A DNA stretch of 64,000 nt, taken from an uncultured Arcobacter sp. (GTDB lineage Bacteria; Campylobacterota; Campylobacteria; Campylobacterales; Arcobacteraceae). The stretch's first letter is position 1. Every line of letters starts with the position of its first letter. The stretch is from positions 608,001 to 672,000 of the forward strand of contig OZ223300.1 in the NCBI GenBank assembly GCA_965140705.1, written 5' to 3'. A model generated the notes under the pieces. The model was not told the DNA's origin and searched no databases. It saw only the letters and a program-made list of their open reading frames with translations. Position numbers and translations under genes: made by a program. Positions 9,409 to 20,274 of the stretch are shown piece by piece.

Positions 9409-12231
9409 TTATGCTTTATAAATTTTTACAGCACATTTTTTATAATCTGTTTGTTTTGACATTGGACAAGTTGCATCCAAACAAACTTTATTTATAAATA
9501 CTTTTTCATCAAACCATGGAACAAAAACTAAACCTCTTGAAGGTCTATTTCTTCCTCTTGTTTCAACTCTAGCTTTTACTTTTCCTCTTCTTGATTCTAC
9601 CCATGCTAATTCACCTTGTTTTACACCATATTTTTTTGCATCAACTGGGTGCATATAACATAAAGCTTCTGGAACTGCTCTAAATAGTTCTGGAACTCTC
9701 ATAGTCATAGTTCCTGAATGCCAATGTTCTAGAACTCTTCCTGTACATAACCATACTGGATATTCTTCATTTGGCATTTCTGGTGCGTCCATATATGGTC
9801 TTGCAAATATTTTTGCTTTATTGATTAAAGGTTTTTTATTTTTATTTGTAATTCCATTTAAATCTCCAAATGGAAGTGCTTTTGCAATTTTTCCATAGAA
9901 GGCATGGGAATTATTAGTTCCTGCTTCTTTTACTGCATGGGCAGCATATGGATCATATTTAACATTAAATCGCCATTGTGTTTCTTTTCCATCTACAACT
10001 GGCCATTTAAGTCCTCTTACTTTATGATAAGTATCAAAATCAGCTAAATCATGACCATGACCTCTACCAAAACTAGCATACTCTTCAAATAGATATTTTT
10101 GAATAAAGAAACCATACCCACCAAATACTTTTCCGTCACTTCCTACAACATTTCTGTTATCTCCAAATACTTCAGAGTTATCGAAACCTGCTTGAATAGG
10201 ATCATCTAAATCAGCTTTGTAAGATTTCGCTTTGTCATTTGCAAATAAGATGTCATACATAGTAGTATTTTCATCATAACCCATTTTTTTAGCTTCTTCT
10301 ATTACATTTGGAAGTTTTTTCTTACCATTAGTACTTAGAAGTGGTTGTTCACCCCATAAATCTTTTACTGTAAATCTTTTTGATAGTTCAACCCATTGCC
10401 AAGTATCACTCATAGCATCACCTACTGGCAATACTTGTTGTCTCCAATGTTGAGTTCTTCTTTCAGCATTTCCATAGGCTCCCCATTTTTCATAAATCAT
10501 AGCAGATGGTAAAATCAAATCAGATACTTTTGCAGAAATACCAGGATACCCGTCACTTGTAACAATAAAGTTATCCATTTTTCTAGCTGCTTTTATCCAA
10601 TGCGAGGCACTTGCACTATCTTGGTAAGGATTACAAACATTAACCCAAGCAAATTTCATAAAACCATCTTCTAAGTCTCTATGAATTTTCATAATGTCTT
10701 GATGACCTTTTGGATTTAAAGTACCTTGAGGAATTCCCCAAACTTTTTCAGCAATACTTCTATGTTTTGGATTTGCTACCATCATATCAGCTGGTAATCT
10801 ATGTGCAAATGTTCCAACTTCTCTAGCTGTTCCACAGGCACTTGGTTGTCCTGTAAGTGAAAATGCTCCAGAACCTGGTTTTGCTTGTTTATTTAATAAA
10901 AAGTGTACATTATATGCTAAAGTATTTACCCATGAACCTCTTGTGTGTTGATTCATACCCATAGTCCAAAAAGATACAATTTTTCTGTTTTTTTCAATAT
11001 AAAGGTCAGCTAACTCTTTGATTTTCTTTTTAAAATCTTCATCTGACTCATCAGGATTACCTTTTGAAACTTGGGTAACATAATCAGCATTATATGGTTC
11101 TAAGAATTTTTTATACTCTTCAAAAGATATTTCCCAGTGTTTTAATCCAGCATTTTTATTAACCATCATATCACCCTCTTTATATCCATAAGGAGCAAGT
11201 GCTGGTGCTTCATCTTTTGATACAACTTTTTGCATCTCTTTAGAGATAGTTTCCATCTCTTTATCTGTATATTTTCCTTCAACAATTGATTTTTCATTAG
11301 ATTTTCTCATCCCATAACCCATGTTAACTGGGCTTGCTGCAAAGATAATATTATTTTTAACAAAATCCCAATCAATAGCTTCTGGATGATTATAAACTAT
11401 TTCTCTTGCTACATAGTTCCATAATGCTAAGTCAGAGTTTGGTTTAAAAATGATTTCAGTATCAGCTAAGTCTGATGTTCTATGTCTATAAGTAGTAAGA
11501 TTTATAACTTTAACTTTATCTGGATTTGATAGTTTTCTATCTGTAACTCTCGACCACAAAATAGGGTGCATTTCTGCCATATTTGAACCCCATGACACAA
11601 CAGTATCAGTTAATTCAATATCATCATAACAACCACTTGGTTCATCGATACCAAAAGTTTGATAAAATCCAACAACTGCACTTGCCATACAGTGTCTTGC
11701 ATTTGGGTCAATTGCATTTGATCTAAATCCAGCTTTCATCATTTTTTGAGCTGCATAACCTTCCATAACTGTATATTGACCACTTGCAAATACCCCAATT
11801 CCTTCAGGACCTTTCTCTTTTAGAGCTTTTTTCATATGAAATTCCATTTCATCAAATGCTCTTTCCCAAGAAATAGGTGTAAACTCACCATTTTTATCAA
11901 ATTCACCTTTTGAGTTAACTCTTAATAATGGTTGTTTTAATCTATCTGCACCATACATAATTTTTGCATTGAAGTAACCTTTAATACAATTAAGCCCTCT
12001 ATTTACAGGAGCTGCTGGATCTCCTTTTACTGCAACAATTTTGCCGCCTTTTGTTGCAAGCATAATCCCACAACCAGTACCACAAAATCTACAGGCTGCT
12101 TTATCCCATCTCCAGCCACCTTCAGCTTCATTTGCTTTTGCTTGAACAGAAGTTGGTATATTCATACCAATAGCTGCTGCTGCACTTGCTGCTGCTGAGC
12201 TTTTTAAGAATTCTCTTCTTGATAATGTCAT
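9409..12231 (-). CDS. napA: Periplasmic nitrate reductase catalytic subunit
   Basis: Tat signal [43 protein letters not shown]. Confidence 0.98.
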   Translation of the reverse strand: MTLSRREFLKSSAAASAAAAIGMNIPTSVQAKANEAEGGWRWDKAACRFCGTGCGIMLATKGGKIVAVKGDPAAPVNRGLNCIKGYFNAKIMYGADRLKQPLLRVNSKGEFDKNGEFTPISWERAFDEMEFHMKKALKEKGPEGIGVFASGQYTVMEGYAAQKMMKAGFRSNAIDPNARHCMASAVVGFYQTFGIDEPSGCYDDIELTDTVVSWGSNMAEMHPILWSRVTDRKLSNPDKVKVINLTTYRHRTSDLADTEIIFKPNSDLALWNYVAREIVYNHPEAIDWDFVKNNIIFAASPVNMGYGMRKSNEKSIVEGKYTDKEMETISKEMQKVVSKDEAPALAPYGYKEGDMMVNKNAGLKHWEISFEEYKKFLEPYNADYVTQVSKGNPDESDEDFKKKIKELADLYIEKNRKIVSFWTMGMNQHTRGSWVNTLAYNVHFLLNKQAKPGSGAFSLTGQPSACGTAREVGTFAHRLPADMMVANPKHRSIAEKVWGIPQGTLNPKGHQDIMKIHRDLEDGFMKFAWVNVCNPYQDSASASHWIKAARKMDNFIVTSDGYPGISAKVSDLILPSAMIYEKWGAYGNAERRTQHWRQQVLPVGDAMSDTWQWVELSKRFTVKDLWGEQPLLSTNGKKKLPNVIEEAKKMGYDENTTMYDILFANDKAKSYKADLDDPIQAGFDNSEVFGDNRNVVGSDGKVFGGYGFFIQKYLFEEYASFGRGHGHDLADFDTYHKVRGLKWPVVDGKETQWRFNVKYDPYAAHAVKEAGTNNSHAFYGKIAKALPFGDLNGITNKNKKPLINKAKIFARPYMDAPEMPNEEYPVWLCTGRVLEHWHSGTMTMRVPELFRAVPEALCYMHPVDAKKYGVKQGELAWVESRRGKVKARVETRGRNRPSRGLVFVPWFDEKVFINKVCLDATCPMSKQTDYKKCAVKIYKA

Positions 12232-12301
12232 CTTATCTCCTTTAAAAAGTTTAAGTCATTTTTTAACTTCCTAATTTTAACTGTTAAAAATGACATAATC
12301 C

Positions 12302-12315
12302 TTGACTTTAATCAA
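12302..12315. promoter_or_regulatory. Crp/Fnr-type box TTGAC-TTTA-ATCAA upstream of napA
   Basis: One mismatch to TTGAT-N4-ATCAA, about 70 bp upstream of the napA start in the divergent intergenic region. Confidence 0.7.
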
Positions 12316-12414
12316 ATTTTGTAAGTTTTAATTAAGGAGTATTTTTATCCTATTACTTTGTGTTATATTTTGTTATAATAAATCAAAAATTTATAATATT
12401 ATTTTGGAGTTTAT

Positions 12415-13308
12415 ATGGATTTTCATACATTTATAAGAGCAGTTGGAACAGGGCCTAAATCAAATAGAGAATTAACGCAAGAAGAGATGAAAGATTGTAT
12501 TAGGCAAATACTTAATCAAGAAGTTTCAAGTGAAATCATAGTTGCCTTTTTATTAGGGTGGAGAGTAAGACTTGAAACAAATGCAGAACTAAAAGCTACA
12601 TTAGATGTATGTAATGAATATATCACAAAGGTAAATATACCAAACTCTATTGAACTTGGATTTCCTTATGATGGTAAAACAGATGGAACATATCTTTTCC
12701 CTCTTGTTGGAAAGTATTTAAAAAAGTTTGATTTGGATATTGTTATAAGTGGGGATTTGATGCAACCAGCTAAAAATGGTATTACAATAAAAGATATTGC
12801 CACAAATATAGAACTTGATGATAATATTCACTATTTTGATAGGGGTGAATTTCTACCAAAATTGAGTGCAATTACTAATTTAAGAAGAATATTAAAATTA
12901 AGAAGTGCATTTAATACGGTTGAAAAACTTCTTAATCCTGCAAATTCAAGATTTGCTTTAACTTCTGCTTATCATAAACCTTATGTGGAAAAGTATAGTG
13001 AAATATTTGCATCAAACTATGAAAAATTTGTTGTAGTAAAAGCAGCAGAGGGTAGACCTGAGATTTTTAATAAATCAAAAGCTTGGGTAAAAACTCAAAA
13101 TGGACTTGAAGAGCTTATTATAGACCCAGAATATTATGGAATAAATTATAATAAAACTTTTGAAAAGATTACTTTAAAAGAAGCAATAGAAGAGATTAAT
13201 AATCCAAGTGCAGATTTAGAAAAACTTGCAAAACTAAATGCAGCCTTACATCTATTTTGTGCAAACAAAGCAGATGATATAAATAGTGCTTATGAGATGT
13301 TAGATTAA
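12415..13308 (+). CDS. YbiB-like protein (glycosyl transferase family 3 / TrpD-like fold)
   Basis: FIRAVGTGPK, AFLLGWRVR.ET..EL, LRSAFNTVEKLLNP, YHKPY. Confidence 0.7.
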   Translation: MDFHTFIRAVGTGPKSNRELTQEEMKDCIRQILNQEVSSEIIVAFLLGWRVRLETNAELKATLDVCNEYITKVNIPNSIELGFPYDGKTDGTYLFPLVGKYLKKFDLDIVISGDLMQPAKNGITIKDIATNIELDDNIHYFDRGEFLPKLSAITNLRRILKLRSAFNTVEKLLNPANSRFALTSAYHKPYVEKYSEIFASNYEKFVVVKAAEGRPEIFNKSKAWVKTQNGLEELIIDPEYYGINYNKTFEKITLKEAIEEINNPSADLEKLAKLNAALHLFCANKADDINSAYEMLD

Positions 13309-13865
13309 TGAGTAATTTCCCCATATCCCTAAACTTAGAAAATAAAAAGATTTTAGTAATTGGTGCTGGTAAAATAGCAACTAGTAAGGTAAAGAAATTG
13401 TTAGATTTTACAAATGAGATTACTGTACTTGCTCCTAATATAAGTGAAGAGTTAGAAAAACTTGATATTAAAACTTTGAAAAAAGAGTATGAAAGAGAAG
13501 ATATAGAAGGGTTTAATATAGTAATAGCTTGTATAGATGATATAAGTCTTCAAAAAGAGATTTATAAACATACAAGAGAAAAAAATATCTTATATAATTG
13601 TGCTGATGTTTTTGAATTATGTGATTTTACATTCTCTTCTATAATTAAAAAAGATGATTTAGTAATTTCCATTTCTACTTCTGGAACATCACCTGCTTTT
13701 TCTAAGGATTTAAGAAAATATTTAGATAAGATTATTCCAAATAGTGTTGGGAATTTCTTAAAAGAGATGAAAAAATTAAGAGATACTTTGCCTAAAGGTG
13801 AAAAGAGAATGGAAATGTCAAGAAAAAAAAGTAAAGAGTTTTTATCCTCTTTGAAAAAAAATTAA
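13308..13865 (+). CDS. Precorrin-2 dehydrogenase / sirohydrochlorin ferrochelatase (CysG N-terminal / SirC-like)
   Basis: VIGAGKIA..K, NCAD..ELCDF, ISTSGTSPA. Confidence 0.88.
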   Translation: MSNFPISLNLENKKILVIGAGKIATSKVKKLLDFTNEITVLAPNISEELEKLDIKTLKKEYEREDIEGFNIVIACIDDISLQKEIYKHTREKNILYNCADVFELCDFTFSSIIKKDDLVISISTSGTSPAFSKDLRKYLDKIIPNSVGNFLKEMKKLRDTLPKGEKRMEMSRKKSKEFLSSLKKN

Positions 13866-14593
13866 TCAAACCACTTTAATTGTTCTCTTAAGTTTACAAC
13901 TTTTCCAACAATTATGATTGCAGGTGCTTCTAGACCTTTAGATTTTTCAACAATATTTTCTAAAGTTCCAGTTACTACTTTTTGCTCTTTTGTTGTTCCT
14001 TTTGAAATAACAGCACATGGGTAGTCTTTATCTTTTCCAAGACTTATTAGTTTTGAACTAATTAAACCAATATTATGTAAACCCATCAAAAAAACAATTG
14101 TTTCATCATTTAAAAAGGTTTGCCACTCTATTTGAGAAATTTTCTTATTTGGTGTTTCATGTCCTGTTACTACTCTAAATGAAGTAGTGATTCCCCTATG
14201 AGTTACAGGAATTCCAGCATATGATGCAACGGCAACAGAGGAACTAATTCCTGGAATTATTTCAAATTTTATATCTCTTTCAAATAAGTAAATCGCTTCT
14301 TCTCCTCCTCTGCCAAATACAAAAGGATCTCCACCTTTTAATCTAACCACATTTTCATATTCTTGTGAAGCCTGAAAAAGTATTTCATTTATTTCTTCTT
14401 GGGGAACAGTATGTTTTTTGTTCTCTTTTCCAACATATTTTAAAATAACATCTTTTTTTGCATAATCTAATATCTCTTTATTTACTAATCTATCATAAAC
14501 TATGATATCTGCATTTTTTATTGCATTTATAGCTTTTAATGTTAATAATTCAGGATCGCCAGGACCTGCACCAGTTAAATAAACTTTACTCAC
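13862..14593 (-). CDS. cobA: Uroporphyrinogen-III C-methyltransferase
   Basis: GAGPGDPELLT, RLKGGDPFVFGRGGEE, GIPVTHRG. Confidence 0.95.
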   Translation of the reverse strand: MSKVYLTGAGPGDPELLTLKAINAIKNADIIVYDRLVNKEILDYAKKDVILKYVGKENKKHTVPQEEINEILFQASQEYENVVRLKGGDPFVFGRGGEEAIYLFERDIKFEIIPGISSSVAVASYAGIPVTHRGITTSFRVVTGHETPNKKISQIEWQTFLNDETIVFLMGLHNIGLISSKLISLGKDKDYPCAVISKGTTKEQKVVTGTLENIVEKSKGLEAPAIIIVGKVVNLREQLKWFD

Positions 14594-14610
14594 ATATTGC
14601 CTTTTATTAT

Positions 14611-15612
14611 TTATATTTTTGTTTTACGACCAATAACTAAACTATTTAATTCATTTCTTAATTCTTGAAGTTTTTTTGTTGAATTCATCAAATCTTCTGT
14701 TGATTGAATAATCATATCTTCACTTTTATTTATAGATTTATTTATTTCAGAAGAGCTTTCAAGTTCATCCAAAATTTTATCAAATTCATCTGTTATTTCT
14801 TCAAGTTTTGAACTAGCATTTTTTGAATGTTCCATTGCTACAGCTGACTCATTCATGGCTGAGTTTATTTTATTTATAAAGCAGTTAAAAGTATCTGTTA
14901 CTTCTAATATCTCTTTTTCATTTGCATCAATAGATATGGGTTTTAATTGCTCATTTTCTTCAGTAGCTATTTTTTTTGAAAATTCTAAGAATTTATTGGC
15001 ATTTTCTTCGATACTTTTTAATTGAGTAAAACTATATATAATTAGTATAATGATTAAAAAAGCTGCCGCATATTGAAAGTTCTTGATTAAAATAGTTTTA
15101 TTTTCCGTATAAATAGTATACATACTAACTAAATTATCAACTTCTTGTAATAAATTATTATTAGTATTATAAATAGCTTCAACAGCAGAATTTAAAAGTT
15201 TTAAACTAGGTTCATCAGTTTTTACTTGTAATTTTTTGAACTCTTCTATATTGTGAAAAAACTCTTTCCATAAAATCTCTACTTTATATACTTGTTGTCC
15301 AATATTGTCATTTGGAACAGCTGGTATTCCTAATAGTTTATTTCCATTTTTTAAAGATTGTAAGTTTTGAATAAACTCTTCTGTTGCACTATTTAACTCA
15401 AAAAAGTCAGTTTTCTTTGTATAAAAAAGGTAAAAAATATTTTTTGATATTTTTTGAGTAAGCATTCGCTCTTTCCCTACTATATTGATAACTAAAGCAT
15501 CTTTTTTATTTTTATCATTTAAATAAACAGTAGTAAAAATTATCATTGCCATTAAGAATATAAATAAAGCACCTATTAATTTTATTTTTGTACTTATTTT
15601 ATTTGTTTTCAA
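14611..15612 (-). CDS. Membrane sensor with a NarX/PilJ-type periplasmic domain, HAMP-like linker and short coiled coil; no kinase or MCP domain
   Basis: TM1, DALVINIVGKERMLTQK (P-box/N-box-like), TM2; TTG start overlapping the upstream TGA. Confidence 0.75.
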   Translation of the reverse strand: MKTNKISTKIKLIGALFIFLMAMIIFTTVYLNDKNKKDALVINIVGKERMLTQKISKNIFYLFYTKKTDFFELNSATEEFIQNLQSLKNGNKLLGIPAVPNDNIGQQVYKVEILWKEFFHNIEEFKKLQVKTDEPSLKLLNSAVEAIYNTNNNLLQEVDNLVSMYTIYTENKTILIKNFQYAAAFLIIILIIYSFTQLKSIEENANKFLEFSKKIATEENEQLKPISIDANEKEILEVTDTFNCFINKINSAMNESAVAMEHSKNASSKLEEITDEFDKILDELESSSEINKSINKSEDMIIQSTEDLMNSTKKLQELRNELNSLVIGRKTKI

Positions 15613-16274
15613 ATTCCAACTCCTCTGAAGGTTGATTCTAGTTGTTCTTTATTTAGAACTATAACTTCACTTTTTTCAATAGTAATAGAGCCATTTCTTG
15701 TAAGTTTTTTTAAAACCCTAGAAAGGGTTTCTGGCTGAATATGTAACATAAAAGAGACCTCTTGTCTTTTTAATTTATTAAACATGGCAAGATCATTATA
15801 AATCATAAATGCAACTTTTGCTGTTGAATCAAAAACTAATTCCCGATTTACGATACATTGCAATTGATGGGTTTTTTCTAAAAGGGTTTCAATCAATTTT
15901 ATTGATAAAATATTTTTAGATAAAAACATCTCTTTAAATTTTTCAAAATTTATTGATAATACAATAGAATCTTCCACAAACTCAGCATTTGAAAAACAGT
16001 AAATACTACTGTTATTTACAGAAGTTAATTCAGAAATCATTGAATTTTTGTAAATGTGATATAAAAATATTTCATTTTCAAATTTATCATACTTATATAT
16101 TTTTATAAGACCATCAACTAAGAAAAGAATATTTTCTTTTATCTCATCTTCATAATAAAGTATTGAATTTTTAGGATAAGTAATTAAATTAGATATAGTA
16201 GATAATTCTTCAATTTCTTTTTCTTTTAATTCGGAAAAAAAATCTAATTGAGAAATACTCTTTAATTTGTCCAC
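15609..16274 (-). CDS. Crp/Fnr family transcriptional regulator (NssR-like)
   Basis: cNMP-binding-like N-terminus (GLIKIYK), HTH ...IQPETLSRVLKKL; no Fnr-type Cys cluster. Confidence 0.88.
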   Translation of the reverse strand: MDKLKSISQLDFFSELKEKEIEELSTISNLITYPKNSILYYEDEIKENILFLVDGLIKIYKYDKFENEIFLYHIYKNSMISELTSVNNSSIYCFSNAEFVEDSIVLSINFEKFKEMFLSKNILSIKLIETLLEKTHQLQCIVNRELVFDSTAKVAFMIYNDLAMFNKLKRQEVSFMLHIQPETLSRVLKKLTRNGSITIEKSEVIVLNKEQLESTFRGVGI

Positions 16275-16371
16275 TAAGTTCCTTATTTCCTTTTTATTTA
16301 AGGGATTTTATAATAAGCTAACGAAATTTAATATTAAGTGCCATTTTTTTTAGGTACGTTGAGGTGTGTGA

Positions 16372-17334
16372 ATGTTAAAAGATGGACATGGTAGAGTAGT
16401 TGATTATTTAAGAGTATCAGTAACTGAAAGATGTAATTTTAGATGTCAATATTGTATGCCAGAAAAACCATTTTCATGGGTTCCTAAAGAGGAACTTTTA
16501 TCATATGAAGAATTATTTGAATTTATAAAAGTATGTATTGATGGTGGAGTTAAAAAAGTAAGAATTACAGGTGGAGAACCTCTTTTAAGAGATGGTTTAG
16601 ATAACTTTATAAGAATGATATCTGAGTATAAGAATGATATTGATTTAGCTTTAACTACAAATGGATATTTACTTCCTAAAGCTGCACAAAAATTAGCAGA
16701 TGCAGGATTAAAAAGATTAAATATATCTTTAGATAGTTTAAAACCAGAAGTTGCACAAAAAGTTGCACAAAAAGATATATTAAAAACAGTTCTAAAAGGA
16801 ATTGAAGCAGCTGATAAAGCAGGCTTGAAAATAAAAATTAATACAGTTCCAATGCAAGGTATAAACGATAGTGAACTTTGTGATATCATAGAATTTTGTA
16901 AAACAAGAGGTTATGCTGTTAGATTTATTGAATTTATGGAAAATGATCATGCTAAATTTGATGCTAAAGGGTATAACTCTACTCAAATTCAAAATATATT
17001 AAAAGCTAAATATAAATTTGAAAAGCAAGAGAGAAATGGCACTTCTCCTTCTCAAAACTATATTATGGATGATGGTTATGTTTTTGGAATAATAGAACCT
17101 CATAAAGATGATTTTTGTGCAAATTGTAATCGTATTAGACTTACTGCAAGTGGTGTTTTAATACCTTGTTTATATTTTGAAGATTCACAAAGTATAAAAG
17201 AGGCAATTAAAAATAAAGATATAGAGAAAGCAACGGCAATTCTAAAAGATGTATTGTTAAACAAACCAGAAAAAAATAAGTGGTCAGAAAATTCAGAAAT
17301 CTCAACACGAGCTTTTTATGAAACTGGTGGATGA
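16372..17334 (+). CDS. moaA: GTP 3',8-cyclase MoaA
   Basis: CNFRCQYC radical SAM motif, [11 protein letters not shown]...PCL, C-terminal GG. Confidence 0.97.
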   Translation: MLKDGHGRVVDYLRVSVTERCNFRCQYCMPEKPFSWVPKEELLSYEELFEFIKVCIDGGVKKVRITGGEPLLRDGLDNFIRMISEYKNDIDLALTTNGYLLPKAAQKLADAGLKRLNISLDSLKPEVAQKVAQKDILKTVLKGIEAADKAGLKIKINTVPMQGINDSELCDIIEFCKTRGYAVRFIEFMENDHAKFDAKGYNSTQIQNILKAKYKFEKQERNGTSPSQNYIMDDGYVFGIIEPHKDDFCANCNRIRLTASGVLIPCLYFEDSQSIKEAIKNKDIEKATAILKDVLLNKPEKNKWSENSEISTRAFYETGG

Positions 17335-17370
17335 TAAATCTATTCTTCAATTCTTTATATTAAATAAAAA

Positions 17371-17404
17371 AGTAAATAATAAATAATATTATTTATTATT
17401 TACT
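17371..17404. repeat. Perfect 34-bp spacerless palindrome downstream of moaA
   Basis: agtaaataataaataat|attatttattatttact. Confidence 0.85.
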
Positions 17405-17476
17405 ATCTTTTTCTCTTCTAATTATTTTCAAATAATACTATCATTAATAATAACTATATTTTAAAAAGGAGTTATT

Positions 17477-18517
17477 ATGATAATAGAATCTTCAAAAGTT
17501 GAAATGAGCTCAGAAACTATGAGTTCTTATGAGATGGTAAGTCAGTCAAAAGTAGACTTTAGAACTGAGTTATTAGGTCTTTTAGATGTAAATGAAAAGA
17601 CTCAAAGCCTTGAATCAAATGGCTTTAAAGAGGTCGATGGTACAAAAGAAGTAGAAGAAACACAATCTTTTGTAAATCCCTATGAAGATATTACAAGAAT
17701 GATATTAGAAATGATTCTTCAAACATTTTTAGGCGGAAATAAAAAAGTTGATTTTAAAAGTTTAAATGACTTAAAATGTAAAAATACGGGTTCTTCAGAG
17801 CCAACAAATCCTACATCAGGTATACCAAAGATGTTGATGAAAAGAACAGTATCAATAGAAACTACACATGAATATTATAGAAGTGATTCTATATCTTTTA
17901 ATTCACAAGCCACAATTAAAACTAAAGACAAAGATATAAATATTGATTTAGATTTATCTTATTCAAGAGAGTTTTATGAAAAACATAGTGAAACATTAAA
18001 ATTTGAAGAGACACATTTTATGGATCCTTTAGTTATTCAATATGATTGTGAGTCTACTGCTTTTGATAATATAAGTGATAAAATGTGTTTTAATTTTGAT
18101 ATTAATAGTGATGGAGATGAAAAAGAATTGCCTCTTTTAAAAGATGGAAATGGATTTTTAGTTCTTGACAAAGATGAAAGTGGAACAATTGATAATGGAA
18201 CTGAATTATTTGGACCTTCTTCAAATGATGGTTTTGGGGAGTTAAGCGAGTATGATAGTGATGGGAATAATTGGATTGATGAAAATGACCCAATCTTTGA
18301 TAAGTTGCAAATCTGGACTAAAAATGAAAGTGGAGAAGATAAACTAATTGCCTTGGGACAAACAGGAATAGGGGCTATATATTTAAATGATGCAAAAGCA
18401 GGAATGGCATATAACAAATCAGTAAATGAAAGTCTAGCATACTTAAAATCTAACTCAATATTTTTAAGAGAAGATGGAACTGCTGGAATTATATCTTCAA
18501 TGGATTTTAAATCATAA
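17477..18517 (+). CDS. Hypothetical protein with a C-terminal DxDxDG Ca-binding-like (VCBS/EF-hand-like) region
   Basis: FDINSDGD, LVLDKDESGTIDNGTELFG, YDSDGNNWIDENDPIF. Confidence 0.65.
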   Translation: MIIESSKVEMSSETMSSYEMVSQSKVDFRTELLGLLDVNEKTQSLESNGFKEVDGTKEVEETQSFVNPYEDITRMILEMILQTFLGGNKKVDFKSLNDLKCKNTGSSEPTNPTSGIPKMLMKRTVSIETTHEYYRSDSISFNSQATIKTKDKDINIDLDLSYSREFYEKHSETLKFEETHFMDPLVIQYDCESTAFDNISDKMCFNFDINSDGDEKELPLLKDGNGFLVLDKDESGTIDNGTELFGPSSNDGFGELSEYDSDGNNWIDENDPIFDKLQIWTKNESGEDKLIALGQTGIGAIYLNDAKAGMAYNKSVNESLAYLKSNSIFLREDGTAGIISSMDFKS

Positions 18518-18538
18518 AAAGAGCTTTTGCTCTTTTTA
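18515..18538. terminator. Bidirectional intrinsic terminator
   Basis: taaaaagagc-tttt-gctcttttta between convergent genes. Confidence 0.7.
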
Positions 18539-19321
18539 TACTTCTTGAATAAAATACCTATTATTTGATGAATTAATTTTCAATCTTAAACCAAAAGTAT
18601 CAGAGATATTTTCTGAAGTTAAAATATCTTCTTTTTTACCTTTTTTAAATATTGTTTCATCTTTAATTAAAGCCACATGGGTAATCTCTTCAAAAATTTC
18701 CTCAAGATGATGTGTTACTAAAATAATATTTGCTTTTTGACTTAGTTTTCTTAAAAGTTTTATAAAATTTAATTGGGCTTTTATATCAAGTCCAACTGTT
18801 GGCTCATCTAAAATAAAAGCCTTTGGTTCATGAATTAATGCCCTCCCAATGATACATTTTCGAAGTTGTCCTGTACTCATTTTTGCTACTATTTTATCTT
18901 TTAAATCAGTGATTTCAAGATATTCTAAAATCTCATTTGCTTTGTCGTGTTGTTCTTGAGTGAAATCTTGATGTTCAAATATTCCAATTGAACTATAATA
19001 TCCACTAAGTACAACTTCATAAGCAGTCAAAAAATTTCCTTGGTCATAAAAATAGTTGTGTAAATCATTTGTTATTATTCCCATAGCTTTTCTTAAGTCA
19101 AATAGGGAGTATCTCTCTTTCCCTAAAATTAACTTTTTATGGGGATAATTTTGTCTTGGATGAATTTGAGAAGAGATTAATTTTATAAGTGTAGATTTTC
19201 CACTACCATTTGCTCCCAAAATTGCCCAATGTTGATTATCTTCTATTTTTAAATTGAGTTCTTTTAATATAAGTTTATCGTCATAACTCACGTGTATATT
19301 TTCAAAATCTATAATATTCAT
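18536..19321 (-). CDS. ABC transporter ATP-binding protein (ModF-like), no adjacent permease
   Basis: HWAILGANGSGKST, MSTGQ, ILDEPT.GLD, VTHHLEEI. Confidence 0.82.
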   Translation of the reverse strand: MNIIDFENIHVSYDDKLILKELNLKIEDNQHWAILGANGSGKSTLIKLISSQIHPRQNYPHKKLILGKERYSLFDLRKAMGIITNDLHNYFYDQGNFLTAYEVVLSGYYSSIGIFEHQDFTQEQHDKANEILEYLEITDLKDKIVAKMSTGQLRKCIIGRALIHEPKAFILDEPTVGLDIKAQLNFIKLLRKLSQKANIILVTHHLEEIFEEITHVALIKDETIFKKGKKEDILTSENISDTFGLRLKINSSNNRYFIQEV

Positions 19322-19454
19322 AATTAAAACCTTTCTAAAATTTGTATTTTAGCCAAATAAATATAATTATTAAACAAGATTTAAATATAAGTTAACTATA
19401 ATTCGCGTCCATTTCAATTGAAGTGAGATTAGTATACCTATTAGGAGGTCTTCT

Positions 19455-19727
19455 ATGGCTTTAGATCAGGAAGTAAAAAACAGTATTATCGAAAAATACA
19501 GAAGAGATGAAAAAGATACAGGTTCTTGTGAAGTTCAAGTTGCAATTTTAACTGAACAAATCAGAGTTTTAACTGAACACTTAAAAATCAATAAAAAAGA
19601 TCACTCATCAAGATTAGGTCTTTTAAAAATGGTTGGAAAAAGAAAAAGATTACTAAAATATCTTAAAAATACTGAGTATGCTAGATTTGTTGAATTAGTT
19701 GCAAATTTAGGAATCAGAGCTAAGTAA
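19455..19727 (+). CDS. rpsO: 30S ribosomal protein S15
   Basis: [31 protein letters not shown]. Confidence 0.98.
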   Translation: MALDQEVKNSIIEKYRRDEKDTGSCEVQVAILTEQIRVLTEHLKINKKDHSSRLGLLKMVGKRKRLLKYLKNTEYARFVELVANLGIRAK

Positions 19728-19746
19728 TTTTATTTACTTAAGTTTG

Positions 19747-19785
19747 AAAAGGGTTGTAACTTTTTAGTTACAACCCTTTTTTTTT
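19747..19785 (+). terminator. Rho-independent terminator of rpsO
   Basis: aaaagggttgtaac-ttttta-gttacaaccc followed by a T-tract. Confidence 0.9.
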
Positions 19786-19872
19786 AAATAAAAAAATTAA
19801 TTTTACTGTATAATGATTATTAATACTCTTTCTTGTAAAATAGAAAAATTTTAAAAAAGGAATCAATCAAAG

Positions 19873-20274
19873 ATGTTATTGACTAAAAAAAGTGAGTATG
19901 CACTTCTTTCTCTAATCTCTATTGCTAAAAGCGATAAAGCAAAAAATGTGGATGAATTATCAAGAGAATTAAGAATTCCCAAATCTTTTTTAGCCAAAAT
20001 TATGCAAAATTTAGCGAAAAATGAAATTGTAATATCACAAAGAGGAGTAAATGGTGGATTTATTCTTGCCAAACCCTATGATCAACTTACTATATTTTCG
20101 ATAACTGCTGCAGCTGAGGAAAAAATCCCTTCAGTATTTGAATGTGCACCATCAATGGACTCTTGTCCTTCTGAATCTGGAAGCTTGTGTTCTATTTGGC
20201 CTTTATTAAATAATTTGCAAGGTAAAATAAATGAATTTTTAGAAGAATTAACCCTGAAGGACATTGCTCAATGA
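19873..20274 (+). CDS. Rrf2 family transcriptional regulator
   Basis: SEYALLSL, FLAKIMQNL, SQRGVNGGF, three C-terminal Cys. Confidence 0.9.
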   Translation: MLLTKKSEYALLSLISIAKSDKAKNVDELSRELRIPKSFLAKIMQNLAKNEIVISQRGVNGGFILAKPYDQLTIFSITAAAEEKIPSVFECAPSMDSCPSESGSLCSIWPLLNNLQGKINEFLEELTLKDIAQ

